A stretch of 64,000 nt of DNA from Vulcanimicrobiota bacterium (GCA_963733295.1 CAVTCS010000003.1:544001-608000); one strand, 5' to 3'. Shown: positions 37,176 through 47,556, counted from the first letter of the stretch. Numbers and translations are program-made. The notes: a model not told the origin generated them from the letters alone.

Positions 37176-38021
37176 TTGGCGCTGCCCAAGATCTTCGCAC
37201 TTATCATGATCGTTTCGACGATGCTCGGTGCCGGTTTGCAAGTGAACCTGCAGCACGTGGGCGCGATGTTCCGCCGCTACGATCTGTGGATCAAAGCCTT
37301 TGCCGCGAATTTCGTCTTGCTGCCGCTCTTCGCGTGGTTCCTCGTGAACGCGTTTCACGTCGACGCGTACGTCTCGATTGGGATTCTCTTGATGGCGATG
37401 TCACCGGGCGTCCCGTTCCTAGTGAACTCCGCTGCCGCGAAGCAGGGTGGGAGTCTCTCGTTTGCGCTTGGGATCGCCTTTCTCTTTTCCGCACTTTCGG
37501 TCATTACAATCCCCATAACGGCGGCATTGATCATGCCCGTCGGCCTGCAGCTGCCCTGGGGAAAATTCTTGACGACGTTGCTCGGGTTTCAGTTGGTGCC
37601 GCTTATCGTGGGCGCGCTCGTCGGCTCGCGATTGTCAGCCGAGTCGGATGAAAAACTGGCGCGAATTCTCCACCTGGCGTTCCTTGCAGCCACGCTCTGT
37701 CTGGTCGTAGTGCTTGGTCCCAAGCTCGTCAGCTCGGTCGCATCCGTCTACGGCTTCGGTCACCTTCTCGTGATCGCCGCGATCGGCATTTTCGCCCTCG
37801 CTGCGGGCTGGCTGCTCGGGGGACCAGATCGCCAACACCGTCGTACCCTTTCGATCGGTACGCTCATGCGCAACATCGGGCTTGCAGCGCTGGTGGGTAC
37901 GAGTGATTTCTCGGACACCCTGGTCGTCCCGACGGTCATCACGTACTTCGTGATTACGTTCGTACTGAGCCTACCGGTCCGAATGTACTATAAGCGTACC
38001 CGCGACGCCGTGGCTAGCTGA
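37176..38021 (+). CDS. Bile acid:sodium symporter (BASS)-like protein
   Basis: ANFVLLP, GILLMAMSPGVP, RNIGL; TTG start. Confidence 0.8.
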   Translation: MALPKIFALIMIVSTMLGAGLQVNLQHVGAMFRRYDLWIKAFAANFVLLPLFAWFLVNAFHVDAYVSIGILLMAMSPGVPFLVNSAAAKQGGSLSFALGIAFLFSALSVITIPITAALIMPVGLQLPWGKFLTTLLGFQLVPLIVGALVGSRLSAESDEKLARILHLAFLAATLCLVVVLGPKLVSSVASVYGFGHLLVIAAIGIFALAAGWLLGGPDRQHRRTLSIGTLMRNIGLAALVGTSDFSDTLVVPTVITYFVITFVLSLPVRMYYKRTRDAVAS

Positions 38022-38028
38022 AAACGCC

Positions 38029-38784
38029 ATGGAACTGCAGATCCAACAGTACAGTCTCGCGACGCTCGGCACGATGGGCGTCGTCAGCCTCATTGCGGCG
38101 ACGACGAACGCATTTAACGGAGCGCTCCTCGCGCGACGTCCGGACCACTACCACCACTTCACGGTGATGGGGGTCATTCTTATGGGTTATGCGGGTGGCA
38201 TCGGGGGCGGCGTGATGCGCGATATCCTCGTGAATAAGGTCCCGTCACCGCTAGTCAACCCGTGGTACCTGATTTTTTGCTTGGCCGCTGCCGCGCTCGC
38301 GCTCCTGCTGGACTATAACTCCACGCAGCGTTTCAAGGATGGCGTTTTCCAATTTATGACCGCATTTACGCTCCCATGGTACGCGATCGTGGGAGCCCAA
38401 ACTGCAGTCGACGCGAAGCTCGGCTACGCCGCGGCCATACTCATCGGCGTGATTGCGACGACGGGTGGCCGTTTCATCATCGACGTCGCGTGCAACGTGA
38501 TACCAAAGCAGCTCGTGCGCGGCGAGTTTTTCGTGCTGACCGCAGCCGCAACGGCGGTGCTCTATCTCGTTCTCCACGAACTCGTTGGCTGGTCCGAGGC
38601 CGCCGCAACCATCGTCGCGTTTTTCTTTGGCTTCGGCTTTCGGCTCTTGTCGCAAGCTCTCGGCTGGGAGGAGTGGGAGCCTTGGGAACCCGAGCCTTTG
38701 GAAGTTGGTGAGAAAGCACGCAAGAAACTCGGCGAGGGTCTGAAGGCCGAATTTGATTCAACCGACGGAGGGAAGCCGTCGTGA
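38029..38784 (+). CDS. TRIC cation channel family (UPF0126) protein
   Basis: GIGGGVMRD and TTGGRFIID repeat motifs. Confidence 0.8.
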   Translation: MELQIQQYSLATLGTMGVVSLIAATTNAFNGALLARRPDHYHHFTVMGVILMGYAGGIGGGVMRDILVNKVPSPLVNPWYLIFCLAAAALALLLDYNSTQRFKDGVFQFMTAFTLPWYAIVGAQTAVDAKLGYAAAILIGVIATTGGRFIIDVACNVIPKQLVRGEFFVLTAAATAVLYLVLHELVGWSEAAATIVAFFFGFGFRLLSQALGWEEWEPWEPEPLEVGEKARKKLGEGLKAEFDSTDGGKPS

Positions 38785-38789
38785 GCCTT

Positions 38790-39128
38790 TTACGGCGAAG
38801 GGCCCGTCCATTGGCCTGAACAGCTACCCATGACAGCCGAATCGCCGCTTTGGATCCCATACGTACCCTCGAACGTTTGGTACGTCTCGTCGAACGTAAC
38901 GCTCATCCACCCGGAGCGTTGCCGTTCGGCCCAAGTTGCTCGCAGCCGCAATTGCGACAGTTCTCCCTTTATCGTCCCATGCCGACCGAATCGCCCGGTA
39001 ACGTTGAACTCACTACGGTCGCACGGATTCAAGCGAAGTTTCGGCGCCCCAAAAAACAACGCGGAGGCACTATCGAGCCGGTACGAACCAGTGGGCGCAC
39101 GCATTTTGCTCGGATTAGCGTACCGCAA
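38790..39128 (-). CDS. Hypothetical beta-rich protein
   Basis: GTIKG..W..GW..F..FEGTYG pattern; start uncertain. Confidence 0.45.
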   Translation of the reverse strand: MRYANPSKMRAPTGSYRLDSASALFFGAPKLRLNPCDRSEFNVTGRFGRHGTIKGELSQLRLRATWAERQRSGWMSVTFDETYQTFEGTYGIQSGDSAVMGSCSGQWTGPSP

Positions 39129-39143
39129 CTCTAAGGCGAGGTT

Positions 39144-40067
39144 CTATCCCAAACCAACGTTGCAGTCCGAAAGAGCAGTTTGCGACGTCGACGGTGTGCC
39201 GAGCGCGGCAAGCCGGGCGAATTTCTCCGCGGAAGCGTCATCCGCGGGTCCGACGACCCGCAAGAAGAAGTCGTTCCTCCCCACGATGTGCAGGTTCGCA
39301 CCGAGGATCGCATAGCTGCCGACGACCGGGTGGTGTCGAGTCATTGGCGCGGAGCTCGAGTGGAAAAACTCCTCGGCAACGACCTGCTGCTTCCAGAGCT
39401 TTTGGAAGAGCTGATATCCGCTCGCGATTTCGTACACTTTTCGGGCGAACGCGGACGGCTCTTCCGCAAGGTACGCGCGGCGGAACATTCCCACCAGATT
39501 GCGGAGTAGATGTTCGTAGTCATCGCCGAAGTACTCGAACCGAGAGTCGTCGCGGTGCAGCCGTACGATCGCGTTGCGGTCCATCGGGTCCGGATACCGC
39601 GCATAGTCGAACATGGCATCCGCAATCGAATTCCATCGGACCGCGGTGACGTAGCGATCCCACAGCACCGCGCCGACGTTGTGGAGGCCCTGTATCAGTT
39701 GATCGATCATTAGGGGAACGCGGTCGTCCGAGGGGTAGGCGATCGGGAGCGGCATCGCGACCTTCGCGAGCGCAAAAACGTATTCGCTTTCGCTGCGGGT
39801 CAATCGAAGAACGCGCGTGATGGACAGGAGCGTAGCGGGAGAAGCTTTGACGTCGTGACCCGTTTCGAGCTTGGTATACCAGCCCGCACCGATCTCCGCG
39901 AGCAGCGCCACCTCTTCCCGTCGCAAGCCGGGCGTCCGCCGGCGGCCGTACCGGTTGAGACCGACGCTTTCCGGAGGAATCGATTCACGCCGGGCTCGTA
40001 AGAAAGCACCGAGCTCCTTGCGGCGCGTCTCGCCTCCGTCGGGCTTCCGGTCGCGCTCGGCGCTCAT
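39144..40067 (-). CDS. MmyB-like XRE-family transcriptional regulator
   Basis: ELGAFLRARR..RRRTPGLRREEVA; C-terminal HPVVG ligand domain. Confidence 0.9.
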   Translation of the reverse strand: MSAERDRKPDGGETRRKELGAFLRARRESIPPESVGLNRYGRRRTPGLRREEVALLAEIGAGWYTKLETGHDVKASPATLLSITRVLRLTRSESEYVFALAKVAMPLPIAYPSDDRVPLMIDQLIQGLHNVGAVLWDRYVTAVRWNSIADAMFDYARYPDPMDRNAIVRLHRDDSRFEYFGDDYEHLLRNLVGMFRRAYLAEEPSAFARKVYEIASGYQLFQKLWKQQVVAEEFFHSSSAPMTRHHPVVGSYAILGANLHIVGRNDFFLRVVGPADDASAEKFARLAALGTPSTSQTALSDCNVGLG

Positions 40068-40314
40068 GCGCCTGCCCTCTCGGCGGACAACCTGAAGACA
40101 GCTTTAGCAGCGAAGTTTTTGGTCATGAACGCGACGAGAAACGCCGTCAGCGGCCGCCGCATCGTACCGCTCCTTTCGGGCTCACGGAGAGGCGGTTTCG
40201 CTCGATGCCTAAGGCGTCCCCTTGACGGCGCCTCGTATAGCGCAGACCCCTCCCGGCGAGGCCAGGATAAATAGACGGCTCCCTATGTCTGCGCCCGAGC
40301 GCTAGGCTATCACC

Positions 40315-41385
40315 ATGGACAATTCGTTGCTGTGTCCGCCGTCCCTGACGGCGGGAGATTGTCGCGATAGCGCCGCCCTCGGGGAATCGCCCTTTGACCT
40401 GCCTTCGATGGTCCAGCTGACCCCTGCGCCTCCCACACTTGCGAGTTCAGTCGCGTGGGCCGAGTGGGACAACGTCAGACTGTACCGCTTAGATCTGGCG
40501 CACGGGGCCCGCTTGTGTCTGACGCCGGCGCCGCGAACCCGTTTGTATGGGTTGATCGTCCGCCGCAGTGCCGGGGTAACGCTGTCGGGTTCGCCCTGGA
40601 ATTCCCAGGAAATTGTCGTGGTTCAGAAAGGGGAACTCGACCTTTGCACCAACGGGCCCGGCGCATTCGTCTTGATCGAAGTGCGCGGCTCAGCCTTCTC
40701 AGCGTTTCTCGGCCCGGATTCAAAGCTCGATTCGAACCTTGCGTTCTTGGCGAGCGGGCCTTCAATAGAATCGTTGCGCGAGTCGTGCAATCGGGCGTTT
40801 TGGCTACGTGCACCTCATCAATCGATCGAGTCGACGAACGCCCTTCGCGACAACATCCTCGGGGTTCTTCGCCGGACGACTCAGCTCGCCGACGTTCGCC
40901 TTTCGGACGCTGCTTGCCGGGACCGATTCGAGCTGGTTCGGCGCGCCGAGGCCTTCATGTGGGCCCATGTCGACGAGCCGCTCGAGCTCAACCAGATCGC
41001 CGATGCCATCAACTGCGGTCCGCGAACGCTGATCTATTCGTTCAATCGCTGCTGCGGGCGCGGTCCGATGGGTTTCTTTCGCTTGCAGCGACTCAACGCC
41101 GTACGACAGGCACTCTTGGCTCGCACGCCACGCCGGCGAGTTATCGACGTTGCGATCGACTACGGCTTCTGGCATCAGGGGCACTTCGGCGCCGCTTACC
41201 GTCAGTTGTTCGGCGAAACTCCGGCGCAAACGCACGGTTCGAGAGCGGTCCCCAAGCAGTTATGGCTTGAAGGGCCCGCGACCGAGGTTGCCGGCGAACT
41301 CGCTCTGCGCCGACGAAACGTGGCCACACCGCGGCGGCACGTGCCGCGCAACGCGACGCTTAGCTGGAGCGATGGATCGGCCTGA
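40315..41385 (+). CDS. AraC family (EutR-like) transcriptional regulator
   Basis: RTLIYSF..RLNAVR..YGFWHQGHF..YRQLFGETP. Confidence 0.85.
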   Translation: MDNSLLCPPSLTAGDCRDSAALGESPFDLPSMVQLTPAPPTLASSVAWAEWDNVRLYRLDLAHGARLCLTPAPRTRLYGLIVRRSAGVTLSGSPWNSQEIVVVQKGELDLCTNGPGAFVLIEVRGSAFSAFLGPDSKLDSNLAFLASGPSIESLRESCNRAFWLRAPHQSIESTNALRDNILGVLRRTTQLADVRLSDAACRDRFELVRRAEAFMWAHVDEPLELNQIADAINCGPRTLIYSFNRCCGRGPMGFFRLQRLNAVRQALLARTPRRRVIDVAIDYGFWHQGHFGAAYRQLFGETPAQTHGSRAVPKQLWLEGPATEVAGELALRRRNVATPRRHVPRNATLSWSDGSA

Positions 41386-41387
41386 GG

Positions 41388-42110
41388 CTAGTTTGCGGAG
41401 GCCGCGGTTTTCCAGTTGACCGCCGTGATTCCCGAGACGTGCTCGAGGCTCGTCGAAAACTCTTTGACCACTTCATCATTTTTGCGCCCCATCAGCGACA
41501 GCGTTGCGACGATTGTGACTTGACCGGCGTCAGTCTGCTCTGATGAGATTCGAACGAGGCGCAAGCGCGAAGCGCTTACCGCAGCCAGAATCGCATCTCT
41601 GGCTGCGTCCGACGCCGCCTGCCGGCATACGATCTCGCACTGGTATTCCGTATCGGCGTCCGGCACAAATCGCGAATGCCTGCGAACGAACTGCCTGACG
41701 TACGGCGAGACAAAATTCACGATCGTGATGGCGACGGCGCCGGCAGTGGCCTGGGGGTAGAAACCGAACGCCGCCAAACCGCCGACTGCCGCGGTCGCCC
41801 ACATGGTGGCCGCAGTGTTCAGACCGCTGACGTCGCTGCCTTGTCGCAAGATTACGCCGCCCGCGAGGAAGCCGATCCCGGTAACGACTTGCCCGATGAT
41901 TCGCGAGGGATCCCCGACCGAAGGCGCGACGATCAGCGGCGTGATCATCGCGAACAACGAAGTGCCGCCGCACACGAGAGCCATCGTGTGAACGCCGGCC
42001 GTACTCCGGCGCCACTCGCGCTCGAAACCGATGATCGAACCTAGCAAGACTGCAAACCCGAAGCGTTCGAAAAAGTCCATGCCCGTGAGCACGTGGTCGA
42101 GCGATCCCAC
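41388..42110 (-). CDS. MgtC/SapB family protein
   Basis: IGFERE, AGVHT, RIIGQVVTGIGFLAGG, GLNTAA; ACT-like tail. Confidence 0.9.
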   Translation of the reverse strand: MGSLDHVLTGMDFFERFGFAVLLGSIIGFEREWRRSTAGVHTMALVCGGTSLFAMITPLIVAPSVGDPSRIIGQVVTGIGFLAGGVILRQGSDVSGLNTAATMWATAAVGGLAAFGFYPQATAGAVAITIVNFVSPYVRQFVRRHSRFVPDADTEYQCEIVCRQAASDAARDAILAAVSASRLRLVRISSEQTDAGQVTIVATLSLMGRKNDEVVKEFSTSLEHVSGITAVNWKTAASAN

Positions 42111-42113
42111 GAC

Positions 42114-42464
42114 CTATGCTCCGGCGGGCCTGACGGGACGGGTCCGCTCTATATCGCGCTCCAGAAAATAGTTCAAAAACGTCCGGATGGCAGCTATCGC
42201 CGCGAGTTGGCCGATGTCGTTCCAATTCGGCGCGATTGCGGAGCGAATGATGTCGGCGCCAAGTTCGAACTCGAGGGCGAGGACCAGCCACCTCGCAAAT
42301 CCCCGCCAGGCTTCGCGGCGCGTTCCGAGCGAGCGCTTCGGAACGAAAATCGCGGGGATGATGATGATGAAAGCTTCGAGGGCGCCGATCGCGACCACGA
42401 TCGCGGCGCCCAATTCCACGAACAGGGCGATCGTATTCGCAAAACTTCGAAATGTCTCTTCGAT
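42114..42464 (-). CDS. DUF1622 membrane protein, probable ATC start
   Basis: LALEFELGADII..P.W..IG.LA.IA.IRTFLNYFL; GGAGG RBS precedes an in-frame ATC at 42464. Confidence 0.8.
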   Translation of the reverse strand: MEETFRSFANTIALFVELGAAIVVAIGALEAFIIIIPAIFVPKRSLGTRREAWRGFARWLVLALEFELGADIIRSAIAPNWNDIGQLAAIAAIRTFLNYFLERDIERTRPVRPAGA

Positions 42465-42581
42465 CGCTGAACCCTCCGCGGCACGGCCTAATTCACTACA
42501 GATACCGCAGACCCCCTCAGGACCCCACGTTCCGAGTTACGATGACAAGGTCTTTGGCGTTGCGAAGTTTTAGGTAGTGAC

Positions 42582-43514
42582 GTGGGCTTTGTGAGGATTA
42601 GCGCGCGCGTTGCCGCGAGCGTGGTGGCCGCGGCGGCGCTCTACGTTTACTCCGAACCGGCGAGCGCGCAAGAACTTGAACCGCGAGCTTATTCAGCGGC
42701 TCCGATCGGCACGAACTTTCTGGGCGAATCGTTTTCAAACTCGAGCGGTCAGGTCGGACTCTCGCCCGATCTCCCGGTCAGCAACGTGACGGCGGACGTC
42801 GACATTGCCAGCCTGGGTTTTTCGCATTCCTTCGATCTCGCCGGCCGCCTGGCAAGTCTCGCGATCCTGATTCCGTACGCTCAAGGTACCATTAGCGGCA
42901 TGGTGTTCGAACAAAGCCGGACGATCGGGCGAGCCGGCTTTTCCGATTTCAGTGGACGGCTCGCGATCAATTTTCTCGGGAATCCGGCGCTTACGCCGGC
43001 CCAGTTCGCCCGACGGAAGCCGGTGACGACGGTGGGATTCAGTCAAAGCATCGTTGCACCGACCGGCGTCTACGATCCCACACAGGCGATCAACATCGGC
43101 TCGAACCGCTGGGCATTCAAGTCGGAAGTCGGAATGGAACAGCCGGTCGGGAAGGCGTTCGCGGACTTCTCGGCCGGCGTTTGGTTCTTCACGGAAAACT
43201 CAGATTTCTTCGGCGGTCAAGTCCGAAGCCAAGCCCCACTCTCGACGCTTCAGGTTCACGCCGGCTATAATTTTGCGCCCGGGCTGTGGCTTGCGGCCGA
43301 CGGAACGTACTACCAAGGCGGCGGTGCTCGCGCGGACGGTGGACCGGCGCTGAACGACTTGGCGAATTCGCGCTACGGTCTTACACTGGCCATTCCGGCA
43401 ACGAGCGGCTTTTCGACGAAAGTGTCGTGGTCGAAGTGGCTGGCCGGCCGCTACGGGCAAAACTTCTCGACACTCGGCTTGACGTTGCAGTATCGTTGGT
43501 TCGACCGGCATTAG
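42582..43514 (+). CDS. Outer-membrane beta-barrel transporter (phenol-degradation MetA-like/COG4313)
   Basis: Signal peptide; QELEPRAYS.AP.G.N, APTG.YD..NIGSNRW, C-terminal YRW. Confidence 0.75.
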   Translation: MGFVRISARVAASVVAAAALYVYSEPASAQELEPRAYSAAPIGTNFLGESFSNSSGQVGLSPDLPVSNVTADVDIASLGFSHSFDLAGRLASLAILIPYAQGTISGMVFEQSRTIGRAGFSDFSGRLAINFLGNPALTPAQFARRKPVTTVGFSQSIVAPTGVYDPTQAINIGSNRWAFKSEVGMEQPVGKAFADFSAGVWFFTENSDFFGGQVRSQAPLSTLQVHAGYNFAPGLWLAADGTYYQGGGARADGGPALNDLANSRYGLTLAIPATSGFSTKVSWSKWLAGRYGQNFSTLGLTLQYRWFDRH

Positions 43515-43557
43515 GCGGCGGCGGGGGGTTGGGTAACGACAGCGCGAACCCCCCCAC

Positions 43558-44418
43558 GTGAGCCCCGCAAAAATCGCCGCAATCGTCGTGCTCGTCTCGT
43601 TGACGTTCGGCGCTGGCCTTGAAGTCAATCGCGCGACTCTGGTGGCCATTCTCAAGGACGCCGGGCTCCTGGTGCGGGCGCTGCTGGCGAACTTCGTCCT
43701 CATTCCGCTCTGCGGAATTCTCCTCGTCCGCCTTTTCCGCTTGGACGCGGACGTGGCGACCGGTTTTCTGTTGATGGCGATAGCTCCGGGCGTACCCTTC
43801 GTCCTCATGTCGGCGCGCGAAAAAGGTGGCAGCTTGGGATTTGCAGTCGCGCTGACCGTGCTCTTCCCGCTGCTATCGATTCTGACCGTGCCTTTGACGG
43901 CGGAACTGGTTCTACCGGGCGGCGGCTTGGGGAATCTGTCGTTGACGTCGTTTTTCGTTACGCTCGTGCTGTTCCAATTCGTGCCGCTCATTGCCGGCAT
44001 GTTCGTCGGCGAACGGGCACCAGGACTGTTACCGAAGATCCAGCGTCCTGTGCAACTCGTCTTCGCCGCCGCGTTGATCGCGTTGTTCGCACTCCAGGGA
44101 GCGGCGGTCCTCGGCGCCATTCCCGTCGTCTTCGGATCGCGCGTGGGGATGGCGACCGTAGCGATCGTCGTGCTCTCGATTGGCCTGGGTTGGCTTTTCG
44201 GTGGCCCCCGGAGCCAAGACCGGCGCACGCTCAGTTCGGCGTCGTTGCTTCGCAATATCGGTCTTTGCGCAGTCATCGGTACCGCCGCGTTCCCGAACAC
44301 GCGCGTGATGCCCGCCGTGCTGACCTACTTCTTGGTTCAGATCGTCGCCAACATCGTTCTGAGCATGTACTTCAAAAGAACCGCGGTCCCGGCAGGCGCG
44401 GACGTGTCCTCGGCCTGA
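43558..44418 (+). CDS. Bile acid:sodium symporter (BASS)-like protein, paralogue of 37176-38021
   Basis: ANFVLIP, LMAIAPGVPF, GGP..RRTLS..RNIGL shared with the first copy. Confidence 0.8.
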   Translation: MSPAKIAAIVVLVSLTFGAGLEVNRATLVAILKDAGLLVRALLANFVLIPLCGILLVRLFRLDADVATGFLLMAIAPGVPFVLMSAREKGGSLGFAVALTVLFPLLSILTVPLTAELVLPGGGLGNLSLTSFFVTLVLFQFVPLIAGMFVGERAPGLLPKIQRPVQLVFAAALIALFALQGAAVLGAIPVVFGSRVGMATVAIVVLSIGLGWLFGGPRSQDRRTLSSASLLRNIGLCAVIGTAAFPNTRVMPAVLTYFLVQIVANIVLSMYFKRTAVPAGADVSSA

Positions 44419-44486
44419 GCCGCCCGAAATTTAACCGCGTGAAGCGTCAGCGGGGTCGCATGGAAAGTCGCGGCGAAGGCCGGGCG

Positions 44487-45521
44487 ATGCTCTTCCCAAC
44501 GACGATTGCCGGAAGCCTGCCGAAGCCGAAATGGCTTGCCGATCCCGAACGCCTGTGGCCCGATTGGCGGCTCGCCGGCGAGGAGCTGCGCGACGCGCAG
44601 CGCGATGCCGTGCGGATCGCGATCTTCGAACAGGAACGTGCCGGGATCGACACCGTTTCCGATGGCGAGCAATCGCGCCGCCACTTCGTGCACGGCTTTA
44701 CGAGCGCCCTCGAAGGCATCGACTTGCAAAAAGTGAAGCGCCGCGGCATTCGCGCAGACCGTTACGAAGCCGATTGCCCGACGATCGTCGGGCCGATTCG
44801 CCGCAGCGCGCCGGTGCATGTCGAGGAGATGCGCTTCGCTCGCGACGCCGCCACGCGGCGCTTGAAAGTAACCTTGCCGGGGCCGATGACGATCGTCGAC
44901 ACGCTGAACGACGAATACTACGCCGGTCGCAAAGAGGCGGCATTTGCCTGTGCCGCTGCCTTGCAAAGCGAGATCGAGGCGCTCGTCGCGGCCGGCGTCG
45001 ACGTCGTTCAAATCGACGAGCCGGCCTTCAACGTCTATTTCGACGAGGTCGAGGAATGGGGCATAGCGGCGCTCGATGCGTGCGTCGCGGGTGCGACTTG
45101 CGAAACCGCCGTGCACGTCTGCTACGGATACGGCATCGCCGCGAACGTCGAGTGGAAAAGGGCTCTGGGCAGCGAGTGGGACCAGTACGCTCACATCTTC
45201 CCGTTCCTCGCGCGGAGCCGTGTCGATACGATCGCGATCGAGTTGGCGGGCTCGCGAGTTCCGCCGCGGGTTCTCGAATTGCTCGGTGACAAGAATGTGG
45301 CCGTGGGCGCGATCGACGTCGCGACCGATCGCGTCGAGACGCCCGAGGAGGTTATGGCAACGATCGAGCTCGCGCGCCGGCACGTCGCCGACGAACGCAT
45401 CCAATGTTCGACGAACTGCGGAATGGCGCCGATGCGGCGCGACGTCGCGTATGCGAAATTGCGTGCGCTTGGGTCTGGCGCAGCTCTGGCGAGACGATCG
45501 GGCGTTCCGACTCCGCGCTAA
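44487..45521 (+). CDS. Core (single-barrel) cobalamin-independent methionine synthase, MesD-like
   Basis: GSLPKP.WL..LW..W, SDGEQ, PGPMT, DEPA, Zn ligands HVCYGYG..E..TNCG. Confidence 0.85.
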   Translation: MLFPTTIAGSLPKPKWLADPERLWPDWRLAGEELRDAQRDAVRIAIFEQERAGIDTVSDGEQSRRHFVHGFTSALEGIDLQKVKRRGIRADRYEADCPTIVGPIRRSAPVHVEEMRFARDAATRRLKVTLPGPMTIVDTLNDEYYAGRKEAAFACAAALQSEIEALVAAGVDVVQIDEPAFNVYFDEVEEWGIAALDACVAGATCETAVHVCYGYGIAANVEWKRALGSEWDQYAHIFPFLARSRVDTIAIELAGSRVPPRVLELLGDKNVAVGAIDVATDRVETPEEVMATIELARRHVADERIQCSTNCGMAPMRRDVAYAKLRALGSGAALARRSGVPTPR

Positions 45522-45672
45522 CCGACCGCAAGCAGAGGAAACGCGTGCATCGAAGTGGACGCACGTCACACTGCACGCGCATCACGCTAAAGTAGTCGCT
45601 TACGCGCGACGATGCTACACACTGAGAGGCCGATCTTCGGCCTGCATTTTTCGCTTAGTGGAGGTCGCTTAG

Positions 45673-46815
45673 ATGCGGCATTCTTTCCTCGTGTCGCTCG
45701 CGCTCGGAGCCCTGATCCTGTCCGGTTGCGCTTCAGGTTCAGGCAGTTTGCCTAACCTCGGAAGCAGTGCCGGTGGTGGTGGAGGTGCAGCCGGTGCCGG
45801 CGGCAGCGGCGGCAGCGGCGGCAACGGCAGCGGCGGCAGCGGCGGACAAACCCAGGCCGTTAGGAATAAGCTGACGCTGCTCGTTCACGTTCCAAAGAGC
45901 GCCAGCACGGTCCACAGCGCGCGAGGTCGTAATGCGGCTTCCCGTCTGCATCCCGAGTGGGTCTCGCCCTCTTCCGACACCATCGTCTTGGACGTCGCCT
46001 CGGTGAACGGCACGGCGGGCTCGCAATCCCAGACGCAGTACCAGAGTTTGACGAACGGTAGCAATTGCTCGCCCGATGCCTCGGGCAACGGCATCGATTG
46101 TACGGTCGTGATGAACAACGTTCCGGTCGGCAGCGACTTCTTCCGGATCACGACCACCGATCAGACCGAGAGCGCTACCGCGCCCACGAACATTCAGCCG
46201 CTCGCGGCAGACGGCGTGACCCTCCTCGGTCCGGCTCTGTCGCAGAACTTCGTAGCTGCTACCGTCGTCAACACCGCAACGAGTAACTGCGACTCGAACG
46301 CGGGCGCGATCGTCAACTGCGTCGGCATCACGCTGGACGCGGTCATAGCGCACGGCGTCGGGCCTTCGGTCAACACCGGTGCGACCAATATGCCAGCAGG
46401 CGCGCCTGGAGCGCAAGGTTACTTCGTCTACGTCGGATTCTCCGACTACGACAACAACCTCATCTACGGCGGCGGCGGCGGAAACGGCAACGTCGGCGAT
46501 ACGGCCCTCTACACGAGCGTCGCGGCGGGTCTGGCCAACAGCCCGCAGGGCGAAGAACTCGACACGCTCTTCGTGAGCAGCTCGACCCAGCCGATCGTGC
46601 TCACCGACTACGGCACGACGACTATCCTCGGAAACGGCTCACCGGTTTCGACGACTCGAATCAACTACAACGAGTACATCGTGCCGACGAGCGGAGCAGA
46701 GACGACGGTCTGCGCCTGGGATCAGCCGGCCGGCCTCCTTGGAACGTCCTCGACGCAGTGCGCTTCAACGACGTTCTCCCCGCCGACGGCTCCGATCACG
46801 ATCATCGTCAACTAA
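45673..46815 (+). CDS. Gly/Ser/Thr-rich surface lipoprotein
   Basis: GGAGG RBS, lipobox LSGC, GGS linker; strong GC3 bias. Confidence 0.8.
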   Translation: MRHSFLVSLALGALILSGCASGSGSLPNLGSSAGGGGGAAGAGGSGGSGGNGSGGSGGQTQAVRNKLTLLVHVPKSASTVHSARGRNAASRLHPEWVSPSSDTIVLDVASVNGTAGSQSQTQYQSLTNGSNCSPDASGNGIDCTVVMNNVPVGSDFFRITTTDQTESATAPTNIQPLAADGVTLLGPALSQNFVAATVVNTATSNCDSNAGAIVNCVGITLDAVIAHGVGPSVNTGATNMPAGAPGAQGYFVYVGFSDYDNNLIYGGGGGNGNVGDTALYTSVAAGLANSPQGEELDTLFVSSSTQPIVLTDYGTTTILGNGSPVSTTRINYNEYIVPTSGAETTVCAWDQPAGLLGTSSTQCASTTFSPPTAPITIIVN

Positions 46816-46838
46816 GAACGCAAGCTCCGGGGACTCCT

Positions 46839-46870
46839 CGAAGGGCGATCGGCGATCCGGTCGCCCTTCG
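46839..46870 (+). terminator. Stem-loop after the lipoprotein gene
   Basis: CGAAGGGCGATCGG-cgat-CCGGTCGCCCTTCG, 14-bp stem. Confidence 0.65.
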
Positions 46871-46941
46871 CTCGTCCCGTCGCGCGAAGGCGTTCGGATC
46901 GCGCGTGCCGCAAGGCTCGAGCGTCCGAAGGAAGCGCGACT

Positions 46942-47556
46942 ATGACAAAAAAGCGGCCCCAACTCATTCCCAAATCGCGCGCCGGGGCTATCGTGCTCGC
47001 GTTGCTCTGCGTGATGTTACCGGCGGCTGTGCTGGCGGATCCGACGGCGGCCACGCTGGTGGACCGCTTGATGCACACGATCTATCCCGAAAAGGGTATA
47101 CCGCGCGGATACCAGATACCGGTTGCGACCGAGTTACCCGGTCAGAACCCGCGACAGGTTCAATTCGCGTTTACGCGCACCGCCGATCAAGCCGTGACGC
47201 TGCTGCGCTTCGATCTCTACGACGACGAGCCGAGCTTGAAGAAAAAGTATCCGTACCAGTGGTCGAAGGGCGGCTTCGATCTCGAGCTCAATCCGGTCAC
47301 CTACCGCTTCGGCAGCTATCGCGCCAGTTGCAGCGCTCACTACAGCAAAACGAAGGCGCAAATTGCGGACGTTTGCGATATGCCGATCGGTGCGACGGTC
47401 ATGGACGTCGCGACGACCTTCGAGGTGCCGCCCGGAACGGCGCTCGCTCAGAAGCCGTCGAATAACGCGTTTCTCGATTCGATTCGTGCCGTGTCGACCG
47501 CCTTCGTTACGAACGGCGCGACGTTCTACATCGAGGTAGGCGGACTCGCGCCCTAG
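46942..47556 (+). CDS. Secreted hypothetical protein
   Basis: AAGGAAG upstream; signal peptide ending in VLA. Confidence 0.7.
   Translation: MTKKRPQLIPKSRAGAIVLALLCVMLPAAVLADPTAATLVDRLMHTIYPEKGIPRGYQIPVATELPGQNPRQVQFAFTRTADQAVTLLRFDLYDDEPSLKKKYPYQWSKGGFDLELNPVTYRFGSYRASCSAHYSKTKAQIADVCDMPIGATVMDVATTFEVPPGTALAQKPSNNAFLDSIRAVSTAFVTNGATFYIEVGGLAP

Noticed and set aside
45770..45846. GGCGGCAGC tandem repeats
   Set aside because: Simply encode the Gly/Ser linker of the lipoprotein.
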